The position numbers and the translations under genes were made by a program. Positions 61,384 to 64,000 of a stretch of 64,000 nt of DNA are shown one piece after another. The stretch lies in NCBI GenBank assembly GCA_002269645.1, contig NIVC01000647.1:248001-312000 (forward strand). Reading direction: 5' to 3'. Position 1 is the first letter of the stretch. Every line of letters begins with the position of its first letter. The notes beneath the pieces are model-generated. The model ran no database searches. It saw only the letters and a list, made by a program, of their open reading frames with translations, and was not told where the DNA came from. Origin of the DNA: Macrostomum lignano (taxonomy: Eukaryota).

Positions 61384-62469
61384 ATGAAGTCTACCGCTCC
61401 GCATTGCAGCTCAGGCAGAGACGGGCTTCGAGAATCGGCATCTCAGCACGGATCGCAGCCCCACAGTTTCTCAGAGATGCGCCGGGGCTCTGTCGCCTGC
61501 CCCTTTTGTCCCAGGCGGTTCTGCCGCACCCGAGCGGCAGCGGCGCAGTACTTGCGTCATGTGCGGTCACACGGAATGGGCTGCGACTCGGAGCCAGAGG
61601 AGGCGGCTGCGACCAACTCAGAAGCTGTCAGAGCGGCGGCGGTCGAGCAGGTCGCGTCTCGCAATGAGTCAGCGATGCACCCGTGTGCAGACGGGAGTCG
61701 TGCAGTGACGAAGCGTCACGACTGCGAGTCAGTCGGGAATACCCGAGCTACAAAGAGTGCTGCAACACGGCACCGTCGAGCTCAGGGTGTCCAGAGGCCG
61801 TTCCAGTGCGACACTTGCCAGAAAAAATTCTCTAGAAAAAGCCATCTCAAAGCTCACATGAGTGCAGTGCACACAAAGAAGAAAAATCACGAGTGCAAGT
61901 GGTGTATGAAGTCCTTCGCAAAGGCGTCTCATCTACACGTGCACATCCGGTCTCACACTGGAGAGAGGCCGTTTGAGTGCAAGGTGTGCGGCAAGAGATT
62001 CAGCCACAGCAGCAACCTCATTAAGCACTTCAGGTTGCACTCAGGAGAAAAGCCATTTGTGTGCAAGGTGTGCGGCAAAAAATTTAATCAAAGCAGTAGC
62101 CTCAGTAGGCACTCAAGGCTTCACACCGGAGAAAAGCCATTTGAATGCAAGGTGTGCGGAAAAAGATTCGTTGTTAACAACAGCCTCACTAAACACTCAA
62201 GGCTTCACACGGGAGAAAAGCCATATGAGTGCAAAGTGTGTGGCAGGAGATTCAGTGTCAGTTGCAGCCTCATTGCACACTCAAGGGTGCACACCGGAGA
62301 AAAGCCATTTAAGTGCAAAGTGTGCGGCAAAAGATTCAGTGTCAACGGCAACCTCATTGCACACTCAGGGGTGCACACCGGAGAAAAACCATTTCAGCGC
62401 AAAGTTTGCGACAAGAAATTCAGTCAAGTCAACAATCTTAAAAGGCACTACCAGCAGCACATGGTGTAG
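61384..62469 (+). CDS. C2H2 zinc-finger protein, paralogue 3 (8 fingers, last one lacking its first Cys)
   Basis: 361-aa open ORF; last finger reads [10 protein letters not shown]. Confidence 0.88.
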   Translation: MKSTAPHCSSGRDGLRESASQHGSQPHSFSEMRRGSVACPFCPRRFCRTRAAAAQYLRHVRSHGMGCDSEPEEAAATNSEAVRAAAVEQVASRNESAMHPCADGSRAVTKRHDCESVGNTRATKSAATRHRRAQGVQRPFQCDTCQKKFSRKSHLKAHMSAVHTKKKNHECKWCMKSFAKASHLHVHIRSHTGERPFECKVCGKRFSHSSNLIKHFRLHSGEKPFVCKVCGKKFNQSSSLSRHSRLHTGEKPFECKVCGKRFVVNNSLTKHSRLHTGEKPYECKVCGRRFSVSCSLIAHSRVHTGEKPFKCKVCGKRFSVNGNLIAHSGVHTGEKPFQRKVCDKKFSQVNNLKRHYQQHMV

Positions 62470-62989
62470 CGAATATTCAACTTTGCCGCGCTCCGTCATT
62501 GCTCATGTGAACAGTCACTCTGTTCTTACTGTGTCGCTGTTTTTCTTTTTAAATAATTATCTTCGTTAAATTCTCCTTGAGTAATGCATTTGGAAGCTAA
62601 TCCAACGGCCAGTTAGTGACAGGACTCAATAACCAGTTAGTCACGGCATATACTATACTGCACTGTACTTTTATTGTTGTTTCCTAGCCATCTCATTACC
62701 CCTGTAGAAGTACTCAGCCCTCTCTTCCTACTTGTTATTCGATGTCTTTTAACTTCTGTTTAACTTTCGTGTAAATGAAGCGTTTTTTATGCACGATGAA
62801 ATTTGGTCGTTTCACAGTTCGCAGTTCACAGTCTGAAGTGCAGCTGCAAGCAGGTAACTGCATGGCTTACATTTTATCCCAAAACTTGTTTTTCCCCTGC
62901 AATTTTTCCGGTTTTTCCGGTTTTTCCAGTTTTTCCGATGGCGTTGTCAACTTTACTTGTTTTTGTTTTTTTAGTTTGTCTAAGTATTT

Positions 62990-64000
62990 GTCTGATGTTT
63001 TGTTTTTTGCTTTCATATTGACTTTAATCGGCCACGTAAACTGTTGAACGTAGCAGTTGTCACAACAGGCATTTGCTCAGCTTATAGGGCCTCTGTCAGC
63101 GAATATGCAGTCAGTTGAGCAAGTTGGTTGAATGTTTCAGCTGCAGCAGTTTTTTAGGGAGTTCATCTTCAAGTGTCCATACCGCACTCCTACTGTCTGC
63201 AGGGTAGCTTCCTACCCTTGGATGTATTCAAAACCGGCACAAAGCAATCAATACCAGTCCTATTGTCCGCACTGGATATCTGCGCTCAGTGCTGTCGCTC
63301 TTAAGCGTTTGGTTTGCTGATCGTTGTCTTCGAGATGATTGTCCGTCGCTCCGTCGCTGTGCTCTGTCTGATATGGTCACGAAGCATCATCAGACACACG
63401 AATATTCTCCGGTCTGTGACCAGTTCTTGCAGCTTAGCAGGAAAGACTATCCGGTGATCCAGTAGCAGGAGATTCTCAGTGTAGCTCAGTCTACTCTGAA
63501 GTTGTCGATACGACTCTGGCATATCTTTGCATGATCACAATCTACTGAAACTATCTTCGATCTGCTTCTCTCCGAGTGGCACTTTTGTTTCAACTCTCCT
63601 CCAATGCCGTTAGGACGACTCATCAGTGGTCAGGAACAGCTCTTCAGTTGGATCATACGGAGTCAGCAAGTGTCTCGATATGATGTCCTGCTTCAGTTTC
63701 TTCACTGCACTCTGGTGTTCTGGCGTCCTAGTCCAGACAACGTCCTTCGTCAAATCATAAAGGATAGCGCAGTCTTATGGCCACTTGAGGGATGAACACC
63801 ACTCCGAGAACAGCCGGAGCATGATCTAAGAACTCTCGAACTTTTCAGAACTAGCACAATAGTGTTAGCAAACACAGGTCGTTGCATTGTACTTTTTCAA
63901 TAATTTGTCACCTTTCCAAATCCTTTAACCTTTCCTTAACGGCTGGTAAAAGCGAAAACGGGAATGGTCGGACTCTCGACACTGCTGGTCTCTCCAATTG
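62990..64000 (-). mobile_element. Degenerate Gypsy pol fragment (RT N-terminus, RNase H, integrase Zn region)
   Basis: RVRPFPFSLLPAVKERLKDLER*QIIEKV (~63990-63890); LYDLTKDVVW...LLTPYDPTEELFLTTD (~63760-63620); YRQLQSRLSYTENLLLLDHRIVFPAKLQ (63520-63430). Confidence 0.75.

Noticed and set aside
1-64000. tRNA, rRNA or snRNA genes
   Set aside because: No cloverleaf, A/B-box pair or rRNA-like sequence found by eye; the only tRNA complementarity is the 18-nt PBS.

Overview
Eukaryotic, intron-rich and repeat-rich genomic DNA. The short introns packed with 15-57 bp minisatellites resemble the flatworm Macrostomum lignano (inference). Host genes: a supervillin-like gene on the minus strand (at least 14 exons over 1-18960, 3' end outside the window), a single-exon BCL11-like zinc-finger gene (33931-35619), an STK11IP/LIP1-like LRR gene (45890-53292) and three tandem C2H2 zinc-finger paralogues (54.4-62.5 kb). 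Mobile elements: a disrupted LOA/R1-type LINE with RNase H in a supervillin intron; a degenerate Mag-type Gypsy element with both LTRs, a 5-bp TSD, a tRNA-Ser-like PBS and a PPT; a 6.2-kb CACTA/EnSpm-like element (CCCGG termini, 2-bp TSD); two MULE-like foldback remnants; an RTE-like fragment; a deleted mariner; and Gypsy pol relics. The CACTA-like element has no recognisable transposase but carries a spliced BEN/DUF4806-like gene and a 26-codon fragment resembling pyruvate carboxylase. That cargo is the most interesting observation. Next are the diverging zinc-finger cluster, the sense-strand C-rich bias of the intronic arrays, and CpG-decay differences between the two LTRs. All family assignments come from recalled motifs; no database search was run.
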